In this document: piece by piece, positions 1-9,553 of the stretch
Position numbering within the stretch: the first letter of the stretch is position 1
Layout of the letters: each line of letters opens with the position of its first letter
Source: Candidatus Cloacimonadota bacterium
GTDB lineage: Bacteria; Cloacimonadota; Cloacimonadia; Cloacimonadales; WRIO01
Assembly (NCBI GenBank): GCA_029564175.1
Contig: JAKQQL010000366.1
Coordinates: 1 to 28,852, forward strand
DNA length: 28,852 bases
Direction of reading: 5' to 3'
Translations under genes and position numbers: made by a program
The notes under the pieces: generated by a model
Databases searched by the model: none
What the model was told of the DNA's origin: nothing
Seen by the model: only the letters and a program-made list of their open reading frames with translations

Positions 1-342
1 ATTCATTCGCAAGCTGTTGTAGGGCAAGCAACCTGCTTGCCAACAAAACACATTCATTCGCAAGCTGTTGTAGGGCAAGCAACCTGCTTGCCAACAAAAC
101 ACATTCATTCGCAAGCTGGTAGCTTGCGCTACTTTTTCTGCAAGCAGGATGCTCGCAGTACGAACTTACCACCCCGTCACAAAGGGACACCCCTCCAATG
201 GAGGGGAATTCGCAAGCTGGTAGCTTATGTTACAACGAATTCTCGCAAGCTGGTAGCTTGCGCTACAACTAGATTTCGCAAGCTGGTAGCTTACGTTACA
301 ACGAATTCTCGCAAGCTGGTAGCTTACGGTACAATTAAATAT
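1..342. repeat. Cluster of REP-like palindromes: two perfect 51-bp tandem units (1-51, 52-102) and four 33-bp-period units (starting 211, 244, 277, 310)
   Basis: The 51-bp unit contains GTAG-GGCAAGCA-acc-TGCTTGCC. The 33-bp unit core is CGCAAGCT-ggt-AGCTTGCG-CTAC, i.e. GTAG plus a hairpin on the minus strand; another copy lies at 110-132. Confidence 0.85.
168..210. repeat. Double-hairpin intergenic repeat ACCACCCCGTCAC...CACCCCTCC..GGAGGGGAATT, copy 1
   Basis: A near-identical copy lies at 27874-27916; CCCCTCC/GGAGGGG stem. Confidence 0.8.
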
Positions 343-377
343 TCCGGCAGATAAAAATAAAAAAAATGGGAGGCGAA

Positions 378-659
378 ATGCTTAAGGTTAACGAATACTT
401 TGAAGGAAATGTAAAATCAATTGCCCTTCAAAACCAGGAAGGAAATTCAACTGTTGGCGTTATGGAAATTGGAGAATATGAGTTTGGTACTTCATCAGTT
501 GAATACATGACTGTTATTTCAGGCTGTTTATCCGTTAAACTGCCTAATACAGATCATTACACTGACTATAAAAAAGGTGAGACTTTTATAGTGGATGCCA
601 ATCAGAAATTTCAGTTAATTGTGAAAGAACAAACTGCTTATCATTGTCTTTACAAATAA
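378..659 (+). CDS. ppnP: Pyrimidine/purine nucleoside phosphorylase (YaiE/DUF1255, cupin fold)
   Basis: MLKVNEYFEGNVKSI...STVGVMEIGEYEFGT...EYMTVISG...YHCLY matches the PpnP family pattern. GGAGG RBS precedes ATG 378. Confidence 0.9.
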   Translation: MLKVNEYFEGNVKSIALQNQEGNSTVGVMEIGEYEFGTSSVEYMTVISGCLSVKLPNTDHYTDYKKGETFIVDANQKFQLIVKEQTAYHCLYK

Positions 660-668
660 GAGGTGATC

Positions 669-1055
669 ATGAAGTATTTAAAGACTTATCCTGAAAAATG
701 TATCGGTTGTCATACCTGTGAGAACGTGTGTTCTCAGTTGTTTTTCAAGAATGAAAATGCAAGTTTATCATGTATTCGAATTGCAGAAAAAGACAATGCT
801 TTTGATATCAATGTCTGTAATCAGTGTGGTCAATGTGTAACAGTATGTCCTACATTAGCGCTTACCGTAAATGCACAGGGTGTTGTGATGCTCAACAAGA
901 GTAAATGTATTGGTTGTATGGCCTGCGTGGCAATATGTCCGACTCAGTCTATGCGCTACCAGAAAGCCATGCTAACCCCATTTAAATGTATCGCATGTGG
1001 TTCATGTGCCACAAAATGCCCAACACAGGCATTAGAAATTGTAACGGAAGGATAA
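669..1055 (+). CDS. 4Fe-4S polyferredoxin, probable electron-transfer subunit of the adjacent AOR
   Basis: Four CxxCxxCxxxC motifs. GAGGTG RBS precedes ATG 669. Ends 4 bp before the AOR gene. Confidence 0.85.
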   Translation: MKYLKTYPEKCIGCHTCENVCSQLFFKNENASLSCIRIAEKDNAFDINVCNQCGQCVTVCPTLALTVNAQGVVMLNKSKCIGCMACVAICPTQSMRYQKAMLTPFKCIACGSCATKCPTQALEIVTEG

Positions 1056-1059
1056 TAAA

Positions 1060-3219
1060 ATGAGCCATAATGTAGCAGAAATGAAAGCAAAGCATAAATT
1101 AATTGCTGAATATAAGTATGAATTAGGTAAAGTGGATAAAGGCTATAATCGTAGAACGCTTTATGTCAATGTTGGCTCTGGTGAAATCAAAGAAAAACCA
1201 GTCAGTCAGGAAATGATCGATAAATTTGTTGGTGGTAAAGGCTTTGACCTCAGACTTTTATGGGATGCTGTCAATGAAAATACCAAATGGTATGACCCAG
1301 AAAATGCAATTTGTATATCTGTTGGTCCGGTAGGTGGTAATACCAATTATCCTGGTTCCGGTAAATCGATTGTTACATCTTTATCCCCAATGACCAATAT
1401 CCCAATCGATAGTAATGTGGGTGGACATTTTGGTCCTTACATGAAATTCTCTGGTTTTGATGCCCTTGAAATTCAAGGAAAATCAGATAAAGAAGTGATT
1501 GTGTATATCAATGGAGATGAAGGATTTGTTCAAATTTTTGAAGCGCCGGATGAAGCGATTGATAGTCATGTACTGGCTGAACAACTACATGAAATGTATG
1601 CGAATAATGAAGATGATAAACAGCACATATCTGTAGTCAGTGCAGGTCAGGCTGCTCAACATGCTTATATGGGAATGTTAAATTTCTCTTTTTATGATAA
1701 AAGAAGAAAATTGCCTCGTTTGAAGCAAGCTGGTCGTGGTGGAATCGGTCATGTCCTGAGAGATAAAAAAGTAAAAGCTTTAGTTGTTAAGTTTTCAGGG
1801 CTGAAAGCAGATTTAAACAATCCAGTTGATTTAAGTGTTGTTCAGGAACGCGGTATTAAACTGCATAATGAAGTCAAAGACCATGATGATGAACAATGCA
1901 AAATGAGACAGGTTGGTACTGCCCATCTGGTTGAAATTATGAATGATTATGACCTTTTACCGGTTAAAAACTTTAAATTTGGTGCTGATGAAAATTCAGA
2001 CAAAGTACACTCAAGAGTCTGGACATCCATGTTTACCCAGAATATGCCTGATGGTTGCTGGTTTGGTTGTTCATTATCCTGCTGTAAAGCCGTAGATAAT
2101 TTTGAACTTCGCACCGGCCCTTACAAAGGTGATAAAGTCTGTGTGGACGGACCAGAATATGAAACAGTTGGTGGTTGTTCTTCCAATATCTATGTCTGGG
2201 ACCCAAAAGATGTTGTAGAAATCAATTTCTATTGTGATACCTATGGCATTGATACCATTTCATTTGGTACCACGACTGCATTTGTAATGGAATGCTGGGA
2301 AAACAAGATTCTCAGACCAGAACATACTGATGGTCTGGATATGACCTGGGGAAATGCTGATTCCGTATTAGAATGTCTGCATCAGATGGCACGCGGAGAA
2401 GGATTTGGTGTAAAATTAGGAAAAGGTATCTTATGGCTGAAAAACTGGATGGTCAATGAACTGGGTGCGCCTGCTGACTTCTTACAGGATATCGGTATGG
2501 AAGCCAAAGGACTTGAGTACTCACAGTATATGTCTAAAGAATCACTCGCTCAGCAGGGAGGTTATACCCTTGCACTCAAAGGACCTCAACATGATGAAGC
2601 CTGGTTAATTTTCATGGATATGGTGAATAATCTGATTCCTTCATTTGAAGATAAAGCAGAAGCCCTCCACTACTTCCCAATGTTTAGAACCTGGTTTGGT
2701 TTACAGGGACTTTGTAAATTGCCATGGAATGACATTGAACCAGCTAATAATGGTCAAACTGCTGAACCAGCAAAAGTGCCTGAACATGTTCAGAACTATC
2801 ATGATATTTACACAGCCATTACTGGTAAACCAATCGACAGTAAGGAAATGATACTCCAATCTGAGAGAGTGTATAATTTCCAGAAAATATTCAATCTCAG
2901 AATGGGTAAAGGACTCAGAAATGATGACAGACCGCCTTACCGTGCGGTAGGACCAGTTACTGCTGAAGAATATTTGTCACGACAGGAACGCTATGACAAA
3001 CAGCTAAAAGAAGTGATTGGTGTTGATCCAACGAATATGACAACCGAAGAAAAAATGGCAAAACATAGAGAATATCGTACAGATCGTTATGAAAAACTGA
3101 TTGATGCAGTTTACAAACGCAAAGGCTGGACTCCAGAAGGAATTCCTACAGTTGAGCATTTACAAAATATCGGTATGGATTTACCTGAACTGATTGAAGT
3201 TGTAAAAAAATACTTGTAA
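1060..3219 (+). CDS. aor: Aldehyde:ferredoxin oxidoreductase family (tungsten-pterin) protein
   Basis: Family motifs SLSPMT, DSNVGGHFGPYMKFSGFDALEIQGKS, QAGRGGIG, DGPEYET, CDTYGIDTISFG, and C-terminal YKRKGWTPEGIPT. Confidence 0.9.
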   Translation: MSHNVAEMKAKHKLIAEYKYELGKVDKGYNRRTLYVNVGSGEIKEKPVSQEMIDKFVGGKGFDLRLLWDAVNENTKWYDPENAICISVGPVGGNTNYPGSGKSIVTSLSPMTNIPIDSNVGGHFGPYMKFSGFDALEIQGKSDKEVIVYINGDEGFVQIFEAPDEAIDSHVLAEQLHEMYANNEDDKQHISVVSAGQAAQHAYMGMLNFSFYDKRRKLPRLKQAGRGGIGHVLRDKKVKALVVKFSGLKADLNNPVDLSVVQERGIKLHNEVKDHDDEQCKMRQVGTAHLVEIMNDYDLLPVKNFKFGADENSDKVHSRVWTSMFTQNMPDGCWFGCSLSCCKAVDNFELRTGPYKGDKVCVDGPEYETVGGCSSNIYVWDPKDVVEINFYCDTYGIDTISFGTTTAFVMECWENKILRPEHTDGLDMTWGNADSVLECLHQMARGEGFGVKLGKGILWLKNWMVNELGAPADFLQDIGMEAKGLEYSQYMSKESLAQQGGYTLALKGPQHDEAWLIFMDMVNNLIPSFEDKAEALHYFPMFRTWFGLQGLCKLPWNDIEPANNGQTAEPAKVPEHVQNYHDIYTAITGKPIDSKEMILQSERVYNFQKIFNLRMGKGLRNDDRPPYRAVGPVTAEEYLSRQERYDKQLKEVIGVDPTNMTTEEKMAKHREYRTDRYEKLIDAVYKRKGWTPEGIPTVEHLQNIGMDLPELIEVVKKYL

Positions 3220-3230
3220 TTAAAGCATTT

Positions 3231-3268
3231 AGACTACCCCGGATGCATGCCGGGGTAAGTCTTTTTTA
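3231..3268 (+). terminator. Rho-independent terminator after aor
   Basis: TACCCCGG-atgcatg-CCGGGGTA stem, extended by AGACT/AGTCT and followed by a T run. Confidence 0.8.
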
Positions 3269-3286
3269 TAAAAACAAAAAAATAGT

Positions 3287-3314
3287 TTGACAATTCAATG
3301 CAGATTGTTATGAT
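3287..3314 (+). promoter_or_regulatory. Sigma70-type promoter for the spoVG-like/hflX operon
   Basis: TTGACA, 16-bp spacer, TATGAT, with a TG extended -10. Confidence 0.55.
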
Positions 3315-3431
3315 GTTTATATGATAAAAAAACATAAATAATGAGATTTTTAAAAAAATAACTTGCCATTAAATCATCATTATTGTTTTTTTGTTAATAT
3401 AGTGTGAAGATAGAAAGGTGAAAACGATTGT

Positions 3432-3728
3432 ATGGATATTAAATTTAGAGATGTAAATTATGGCATAGTGGAAGCAAGAGCCGTTATACAAATATCTGAT
3501 GGTGTTTTTTTAAATGAAATTACCATTTTAAGAAGAGATGGTGAGATTGAAGTAGAATTACCGGTTAAAAGCTTTAAAGCAAAGGATGGAAAGATACATT
3601 CAATCGATATTATTACATTTGAAGATGATAATAAAAGAACTTTATTTTTGTTAGAAGTGAAAACGGCTTATATGGAATGGAGAAAGAAACTCAGAAAAAT
3701 CAGAGTTTATGAGCCAGAACAAAGCTAA
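3432..3728 (+). CDS. SpoVG-like nucleic-acid-binding protein
   Basis: Pattern A.A.I.I...FLNEITI.....EVELP.K...KDG....DI...R...V..AY parallels SpoVG. 98 aa. Overlaps the hflX start. Confidence 0.55.
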   Translation: MDIKFRDVNYGIVEARAVIQISDGVFLNEITILRRDGEIEVELPVKSFKAKDGKIHSIDIITFEDDNKRTLFLLEVKTAYMEWRKKLRKIRVYEPEQS

Positions 3729-5049
3729 ATCAACTTACACTAAGTTTATTATCAATAAAAAAGTGGTCGAAAGAGCATTTTTGATTGGTTTGTACGGGGA
3801 AAATGTCTCTAAAGCTGAATACCAGGATTCTATGGAAGAACTAAGACGACTAGCTGAAACAGCAGAAACGGAAGTTATTGCCAATTTTACCCAGCAACTG
3901 GATAAAGCAAATCCTGCGACCTGGATTGGAAAGGGAAAATTACAGGAGATTATCTCTGAGGCAAATAAACAGCAGGTTAATACACTGATTTTTAATGATA
4001 ACCTCAGCCCTGCTCAAGCCAGAAATATTGCAAAAATGAGTAAATGCAATATTGTTGACAGAACTGAATTGATTTTGGATATTTTCTCAAAACATGCCAA
4101 AACCAGAGAATCGAAGATTCAGGTTGAGCTTGCTCAGCTTGAGTATTCTTATTCTAAACTGAGAAATCTCTGGCAACATTTTTCCAGAATTGAAGGGGGT
4201 GTCATTGGTGTCAGAGGACCTGGTGAAAAGCAGATAGAAATGGACAGACGTCTGATCAAATCCCGTATTGCCCTTTTAAAGGAAAAACTGGCAGATATTC
4301 GAAGGGTTACAGAAACAAAACGCAAGAGAAGAGACAATATTCTCTCTATTTGTCTGGTAGGTTATACCAATGCGGGTAAATCTACCTTATTCAATCAGCT
4401 AACCAATTCAGGTATTTACACGGCTGATAAACTATTTGCTACTTTGGATGCAACAACACGAACTGTCAAGAGAAAGACAAAAGAAAAAATTCTTGTTACG
4501 GATACCATCGGCTTTATCAATCATTTGCCTCCTTTGCTGGTTCAGTCTTTTTATTCAACATTGTATGAGGTTCAGGCTGCTGATTTATTACTTCATGTCG
4601 TTGATGCTTCCAATACACGTATTAATGAATTGATTGAATCGGTTGATCTGGTATTAAAAGACATTCAGGCAGATGATAAAAATATGCTGATTGTATTTAA
4701 TAAGTGGGATTTATGTAATTCTCTGACAGCTTTGTTTTTGAAAAAACAGCTTGGGGAACGTTATCCGGATTCTGTTTTTATTTCTGCTAAAACAGGTCTT
4801 AATCTGGAATTACTCTATGATAAGATTGATTATTACATTAAAAAAAGAAGGAAAACAGTAGATTATAAAATTCCTGCAGAAATGGCAAATTTACTGAGCT
4901 TTATCCATCAATCAGCTTATATTATTGATATGGCTTTCAATGAGGAAAGCAATGAGTATGATATGAAGATAGAAATAGATTATAAATATATCGATCAGAT
5001 TGATACTCAACTTAAAGAGTGGTCTATAAAAAAATATATCAATTCATAA
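3709..5049 (+). CDS. hflX: Ribosome-splitting GTPase HflX
   Basis: LSPAQARN, DRTELILDIF, QVELAQLEY, RGPGEKQIEMDRR, G1 GYTNAGKS, DKLFATLD, DTIGFI, NKWD, ISAKTG. Confidence 0.97.
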   Translation: MSQNKAKSTYTKFIINKKVVERAFLIGLYGENVSKAEYQDSMEELRRLAETAETEVIANFTQQLDKANPATWIGKGKLQEIISEANKQQVNTLIFNDNLSPAQARNIAKMSKCNIVDRTELILDIFSKHAKTRESKIQVELAQLEYSYSKLRNLWQHFSRIEGGVIGVRGPGEKQIEMDRRLIKSRIALLKEKLADIRRVTETKRKRRDNILSICLVGYTNAGKSTLFNQLTNSGIYTADKLFATLDATTRTVKRKTKEKILVTDTIGFINHLPPLLVQSFYSTLYEVQAADLLLHVVDASNTRINELIESVDLVLKDIQADDKNMLIVFNKWDLCNSLTALFLKKQLGERYPDSVFISAKTGLNLELLYDKIDYYIKKRRKTVDYKIPAEMANLLSFIHQSAYIIDMAFNEESNEYDMKIEIDYKYIDQIDTQLKEWSIKKYINS

Positions 5050-5071
5050 AAAAAATAAACAGGAGGTTGCC

Positions 5072-6280
5072 ATGATAAGCAACTTAAACGAAATCTTTTC
5101 TGTCAATTCCAAAGGCATGAAAAGATCAGCAATCAGAGAATTGCTGAAACTGACACAAAGACCCGAAGTCATTTCTTTTGCTGGTGGATTACCTGCCCCT
5201 GAGTCTTTTCCAGTGGATGAACTGAAAGAAATCATTCATGAAATGATGGAAAATGAAGCGTCTCTCGCTCTGCAATATGGCGCAACTGAAGGCGATATGA
5301 TGCTGAGAAAAGCCATTACTGAAAAATATCAGAAAGAAGGCTTTGATATTACAATAGACAATGTCATTATCGTTACCGCTTCACAGCAGGCACTTGATCT
5401 GGTAGCAAAGATTTTTATTGATCGTGGCGATGTCGTGATTTGTGGATTACCTTCCTATTTGGGTGGCTTAAGTGCATTTAACAGTTATGGCGCTGATATG
5501 CACGGTATTCCGCTTGACGAAGAAGGCATGAGCGCTGATTTACTTGAAAAAGAACTGGAAGCTTTAAAACAACAAAACAAGAAACCAAAATTTATCTATA
5601 CAATTCCAGATTTTCAGAATCCTGCCGGCATAACCATGTCAAAAAAGAGAAGAGAAGAGATATTGGCACTTGCTAAGAAATATGATGTTCTCATTCTGGA
5701 AGACAGTCCATACCGTGAACTGCGTTTTGAAGGTGAACATGTACCTACAATCTATTCTCTTGATAATACCGGACATGTAATCAATCTGGGTACTTTCTCA
5801 AAGATATTTGCACCTGGCTTTAGAATTGGTTGGGTAATCGCCCATACAGAAATCGTTGATAAAATTGTTGTGGCAAAACAGGCAACAGACCTTTGTACAC
5901 CACCTTTTACTCAGAGAATTGCTGCCAGATACATGGAAAAGGGTTTGATTGATAAAAATATTGTAGGTATCGTTAATGCTTATCGTGAAAAACGCGATGT
6001 CATGCTCGATGCACTTGAAAAATATATGCCAAAAGAAGTTAGCTGGACAAAACCTGAAGGTGGATTATTCCTCTTTGTAACTTGTCCTGATTACATCGAT
6101 ACCAATGAGCTTTTCAAAAAAGCAATTGAAAAGAATGTTGCCTTTGTTAGCGGTACTTCTTTCTATTGTAATCATAAAGGCAACAATACAATGCGCTTAA
6201 ACTTCTCCTATTGTTCAAAAGAACTTAATGTAGAAGGAATTAAACGTTTAGCTGAGGTCATTAAATCAGAATTAAAATAA
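5072..6280 (+). CDS. PLP-dependent class I/II aminotransferase (LysN/2-aminoadipate transaminase-like)
   Basis: SAIRELLK, ISFAGGLPAPE, LQYGATEG, FQNPAG, EDSPY, GTFSKIFAPGFRIGW, PEGGLF, MRLNFS. AGGAGG RBS. Confidence 0.9.
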   Translation: MISNLNEIFSVNSKGMKRSAIRELLKLTQRPEVISFAGGLPAPESFPVDELKEIIHEMMENEASLALQYGATEGDMMLRKAITEKYQKEGFDITIDNVIIVTASQQALDLVAKIFIDRGDVVICGLPSYLGGLSAFNSYGADMHGIPLDEEGMSADLLEKELEALKQQNKKPKFIYTIPDFQNPAGITMSKKRREEILALAKKYDVLILEDSPYRELRFEGEHVPTIYSLDNTGHVINLGTFSKIFAPGFRIGWVIAHTEIVDKIVVAKQATDLCTPPFTQRIAARYMEKGLIDKNIVGIVNAYREKRDVMLDALEKYMPKEVSWTKPEGGLFLFVTCPDYIDTNELFKKAIEKNVAFVSGTSFYCNHKGNNTMRLNFSYCSKELNVEGIKRLAEVIKSELK

Positions 6281-6289
6281 AAAATATAA

Positions 6290-6315
6290 GGATGGCAGGG
6301 TAATACCTGTCATCC
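6290..6315 (+). terminator. Stem-loop after the aminotransferase (possible terminator)
   Basis: GGATGGCAGG-gtaata-CCTGTCATCC. The downstream U tract is weak. Confidence 0.45.
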
Positions 6316-6404
6316 GATTCCTATATGTCGCAAACACTTGTTTTGTGGACAACAAATCATGTGAATAGGCAGTTGACAATGATGGTTTTCTGGGAGGAGG
6401 TCAA

Positions 6405-6764
6405 ATGGCAAAAGTGTTAATCGCAGAAGACGAAAGAGTTATGCGATTTATGATTACTGATTTTTTAGAAAATTTTGATATTGAAGTACTTCAGGCTGAA
6501 AATGGTTTGGATGCCTATGTCCTCTGGAAGAATGAAAATCCAGATTTGCTCTTGACTGATATTAATATGCCAAAAATGAATGGCATAGATTTGTTAAAAA
6601 AAGTAAAAGAAAAGAACCCAGATTTTCCTGTAATCGTGATGACTGGTGTGAATGTTGATACTGCAAAAAATTTGGCTCAGGAATGCCATGCCAATGCAAT
6701 TCTGGAAAAACCTTTCAAGATGAAAGACCTGATGGCATTAATCTTTAAGCTGATAGAAATATGA
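6405..6764 (+). CDS. Stand-alone response regulator receiver (CheY-like)
   Basis: VLIAEDE, PDLLLTDINMPKMNG, VIVMTG, EKPF. Confidence 0.92.
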   Translation: MAKVLIAEDERVMRFMITDFLENFDIEVLQAENGLDAYVLWKNENPDLLLTDINMPKMNGIDLLKKVKEKNPDFPVIVMTGVNVDTAKNLAQECHANAILEKPFKMKDLMALIFKLIEI

Positions 6765-8767
6765 AAATAAAAATATTAATTCTCTTTGTCTGTTTCTTTT
6801 TGTTTTTACCCATTTTTGCCTTTGAATTAAATGAATCTGAGCAAAAATGGCTAAATGAAAGAAAAGTATTTAAGATATTAGTTACTGATAACAACTACCC
6901 TTATGAATATATAAATGAAAAAGGACAAATAGACGGAATTAATATTGATATTTACAAAGAGATTTTTCGGAGAATGGATAGAAAACTTCTCTTTACAGTG
7001 GAAAGTGATAATATTTATGATATTGATGCTTCCAGTTCATTTGTTGAAAATTATAAGTTTCAGGAACTATCAACGACAGTTCCATATACAATAAAGTATT
7101 ATATTCTAAGTATGAATCTAAATACTGATTTGAATACAGTTCAAAACGTTTATATGATCAATCAGGATTTGACAAAGAAGATAATGCCGGAATTGGCTAG
7201 CAAATCGCTATTCATTTATTCTGATGTTAAACTGGCTTATAATGAATTTATCAAGGATGATTCAGCAATTCTCTTAACAGATAATCTTCATATGTCTCAG
7301 GTGGATTACTTAGTAAAAAGATCTGATAAAGCATTTTCTACCAAAAAAATTGAGGTTGAGCTTGAAGCTAAACTTTGGTTAAAAAATGAAGATAAAATGT
7401 TTTATATGATTTTATCAAAAGTGCTTAATGAGATGTTGTATCAAAATAAGGTTACGGATATTATTCTTGATTGGGAGAAGAAGTTAAATCAGAAATTCAT
7501 GTTTGAAACTTATTATCGACACTCGCTGATCATCTTTTCAGTTTTCATTATTCTCTTTGTTTCTATTGTCATTCTTATTATAAAATTTAATATTATTAAA
7601 AAAGGGCTAATTAATACTGCTTATCAGGCAATTAACCGGAATAAAGAGCTCATGGTTAAAAATCAGGAGCTCTATGGGATTATTGCACAGATGGAACAGC
7701 AGAGTGTCAGTGTTTTGGACAATCTGAACAATATTGCTATGACGATTGATTTAAAAGGCTTAATAAAATATGTCAATAAAAGTGTTCATGACGTTTTAGG
7801 ATACAACCCCAATACGCTGACTGGTACCAATATTGGGGAATTAATCAGTCAGGAAGATAAAGTAAAGTTACTCAGTCTTAATCAAAAAGCATTTCAAAAG
7901 GTGAAAAATGAGATTGTGATAAAAAGTATTGAAGGTTTTAATAAGACTTTTATTTATACAACAAATTTTGTAAAAAGTGCAGATGGAAATACCCGAATCA
8001 ATTGTATTCTTCAGGATATCTCTGAACGTATTGCTTTAGATAACCGATTAGAAGCTTATACGACCCATCTTGAAGATTTGGTTAAACAAAGAACTTCAGT
8101 TTTAAAACAATCAGAGGAACGTTTTAGATTTATTGTAGAACATGCCTACGATAGCATCATTTTAATGCAAAATTTTAATATTCAGTTGGGTAATCAGGCA
8201 TTTTATCATATTAGCGGACTAAATAAAGATGATATATTAGACAAAAATTATTCTTTTTTAAATATAATTCCAGAAAAAAATCAGCTTGATTTTATGACAA
8301 AGTTCAATCAAGCTAAAGAAAATAATGAAGAATCGTTTATCATTACACATCCGATTTTGATTGAAAACCAGAAAGAAATCGAAGTTGAAACCCACTTCAC
8401 TTCAATTAACTACTCTGATAAGATATTGGATTTGGCTATCATGCACGACATAGAAGAAAAGAAAATCAGAGAAAGAGAAAAGATTGAACATGAAAAGTTT
8501 TTAACAGTTTCTTCTTTTGCAATCACAGCTAATGATAAAATCAACTCTCCTCTGAATGCCATATTGGGTTATACAGAATTACTGGATATCCAGTTGACAG
8601 ACAAAAATAAGACTCAGATAAATGCCTTTAGAAATATTTACGATAGTATTTCTATTATTCAGAAGATACTCAGAAGATTAAAATCACTGACGAATGTTAC
8701 CTTGAAAAGTTATAATCTGGAAGACTTTAAAATGTTGAAGATTGAAGATGAAGATGATGAAACATAA
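6761..8767 (+). CDS. Membrane sensor: signal peptide, SBP_bac_3-like periplasmic domain, TM helix, two PAS domains, degenerate HisKA, no HATPase
   Basis: ELNESEQKWL...NYPYEYINEKGQIDGINIDI; TM at SLIIFSVFIILFVSIVILII; PAS motifs (DLKGLIKYVN, QDISER, SEERFR); C-terminal AITANDKINSPLNAILGY. Confidence 0.75.
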   Translation: MKIKILILFVCFFLFLPIFAFELNESEQKWLNERKVFKILVTDNNYPYEYINEKGQIDGINIDIYKEIFRRMDRKLLFTVESDNIYDIDASSSFVENYKFQELSTTVPYTIKYYILSMNLNTDLNTVQNVYMINQDLTKKIMPELASKSLFIYSDVKLAYNEFIKDDSAILLTDNLHMSQVDYLVKRSDKAFSTKKIEVELEAKLWLKNEDKMFYMILSKVLNEMLYQNKVTDIILDWEKKLNQKFMFETYYRHSLIIFSVFIILFVSIVILIIKFNIIKKGLINTAYQAINRNKELMVKNQELYGIIAQMEQQSVSVLDNLNNIAMTIDLKGLIKYVNKSVHDVLGYNPNTLTGTNIGELISQEDKVKLLSLNQKAFQKVKNEIVIKSIEGFNKTFIYTTNFVKSADGNTRINCILQDISERIALDNRLEAYTTHLEDLVKQRTSVLKQSEERFRFIVEHAYDSIILMQNFNIQLGNQAFYHISGLNKDDILDKNYSFLNIIPEKNQLDFMTKFNQAKENNEESFIITHPILIENQKEIEVETHFTSINYSDKILDLAIMHDIEEKKIREREKIEHEKFLTVSSFAITANDKINSPLNAILGYTELLDIQLTDKNKTQINAFRNIYDSISIIQKILRRLKSLTNVTLKSYNLEDFKMLKIEDEDDET

Positions 8768-8840
8768 ATTGTATTGTAACCTGTCAGCTTGCGTTGAATG
8801 ATTAGCATTGCAGATAAGTGTATTATTGAAAGGAGAAGAA

Positions 8841-9476
8841 ATGAGTGAATATAAAGACTTAAGTCAGGATGAAATCAGAGAACTTGAAAAATGGGCAAAA
8901 TATGGAAAATTAATGTCTGGATTCATTCATAATCTAAATACCCCTTTAATGGGATTGTCTGGTCGAATAGAACTCATGGAAATTAAATATCCAGATATAA
9001 AAGGACTTGAAGCTTTAACAAAACACGTGGATACGCTTAATAGAATGCTTCAGGCATGCGCCTACTTTACTGATAAAGATACCAATGATAAAGAATATGA
9101 TACCAATATCGTTGATTTCATCGAACGATTTGATTTATTCATGAAATCACACATGAAGTATAAACACGGAATATTTGTTGAAAAAGACTTGACTCCTTGC
9201 CAGAAAGTGATTAATGCTCAAAGGTATTTTAATGCACTTTACAGGATTATTAGCTTCTTTTTGAACTATACAGGGGAGGACGACAGTCTGATTTTTAAAA
9301 ATGATGAAAATGGACTAACAGTTACATTTAATAAAGGAGACGAAGATCAATACGATCTTGTTATGGATGATGTGAAGTCTGCTTTAGTAGATGTCCTTGA
9401 TTCTCTGGAATCAATCAAAAAATCCCTTGAATTTGAGCTAAGCGGGGAGAGTATTCAGGTAAGAATTTCATTCTAA
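8841..9476 (+). CDS. HisKA-domain protein with a degenerate kinase C-terminus
   Basis: H-box GKLMSGFIHNLNTPL; no recognisable G-boxes. AGGAGA RBS precedes ATG 8841. Confidence 0.65.
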   Translation: MSEYKDLSQDEIRELEKWAKYGKLMSGFIHNLNTPLMGLSGRIELMEIKYPDIKGLEALTKHVDTLNRMLQACAYFTDKDTNDKEYDTNIVDFIERFDLFMKSHMKYKHGIFVEKDLTPCQKVINAQRYFNALYRIISFFLNYTGEDDSLIFKNDENGLTVTFNKGDEDQYDLVMDDVKSALVDVLDSLESIKKSLEFELSGESIQVRISF

Positions 9477-9502
9477 TAAAACTAAGTTTTGTGTTTGATT
9501 AT

Positions 9503-9541
9503 ATCTGAATGTCTTCTTAAAACAGGCATTCAGATTTTTTT
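9503..9541 (+). terminator. Terminator-like hairpin
   Basis: ATCTGAATGTCT...AGGCATTCAGAT followed by a T run. Confidence 0.6.
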
Positions 9542-9553
9542 ATAGGAGATAAT

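Noticed and set aside
211..342. Possible CRISPR array
   Set aside because: The spacers are only ~9-10 nt and recur, the repeats are degenerate, and there are no cas genes. REP tandem repeats fit better.
37..354. 105-aa ORF
   Set aside because: It is a translation of the 51-bp and 33-bp repeats (both multiples of 3) and has no RBS.
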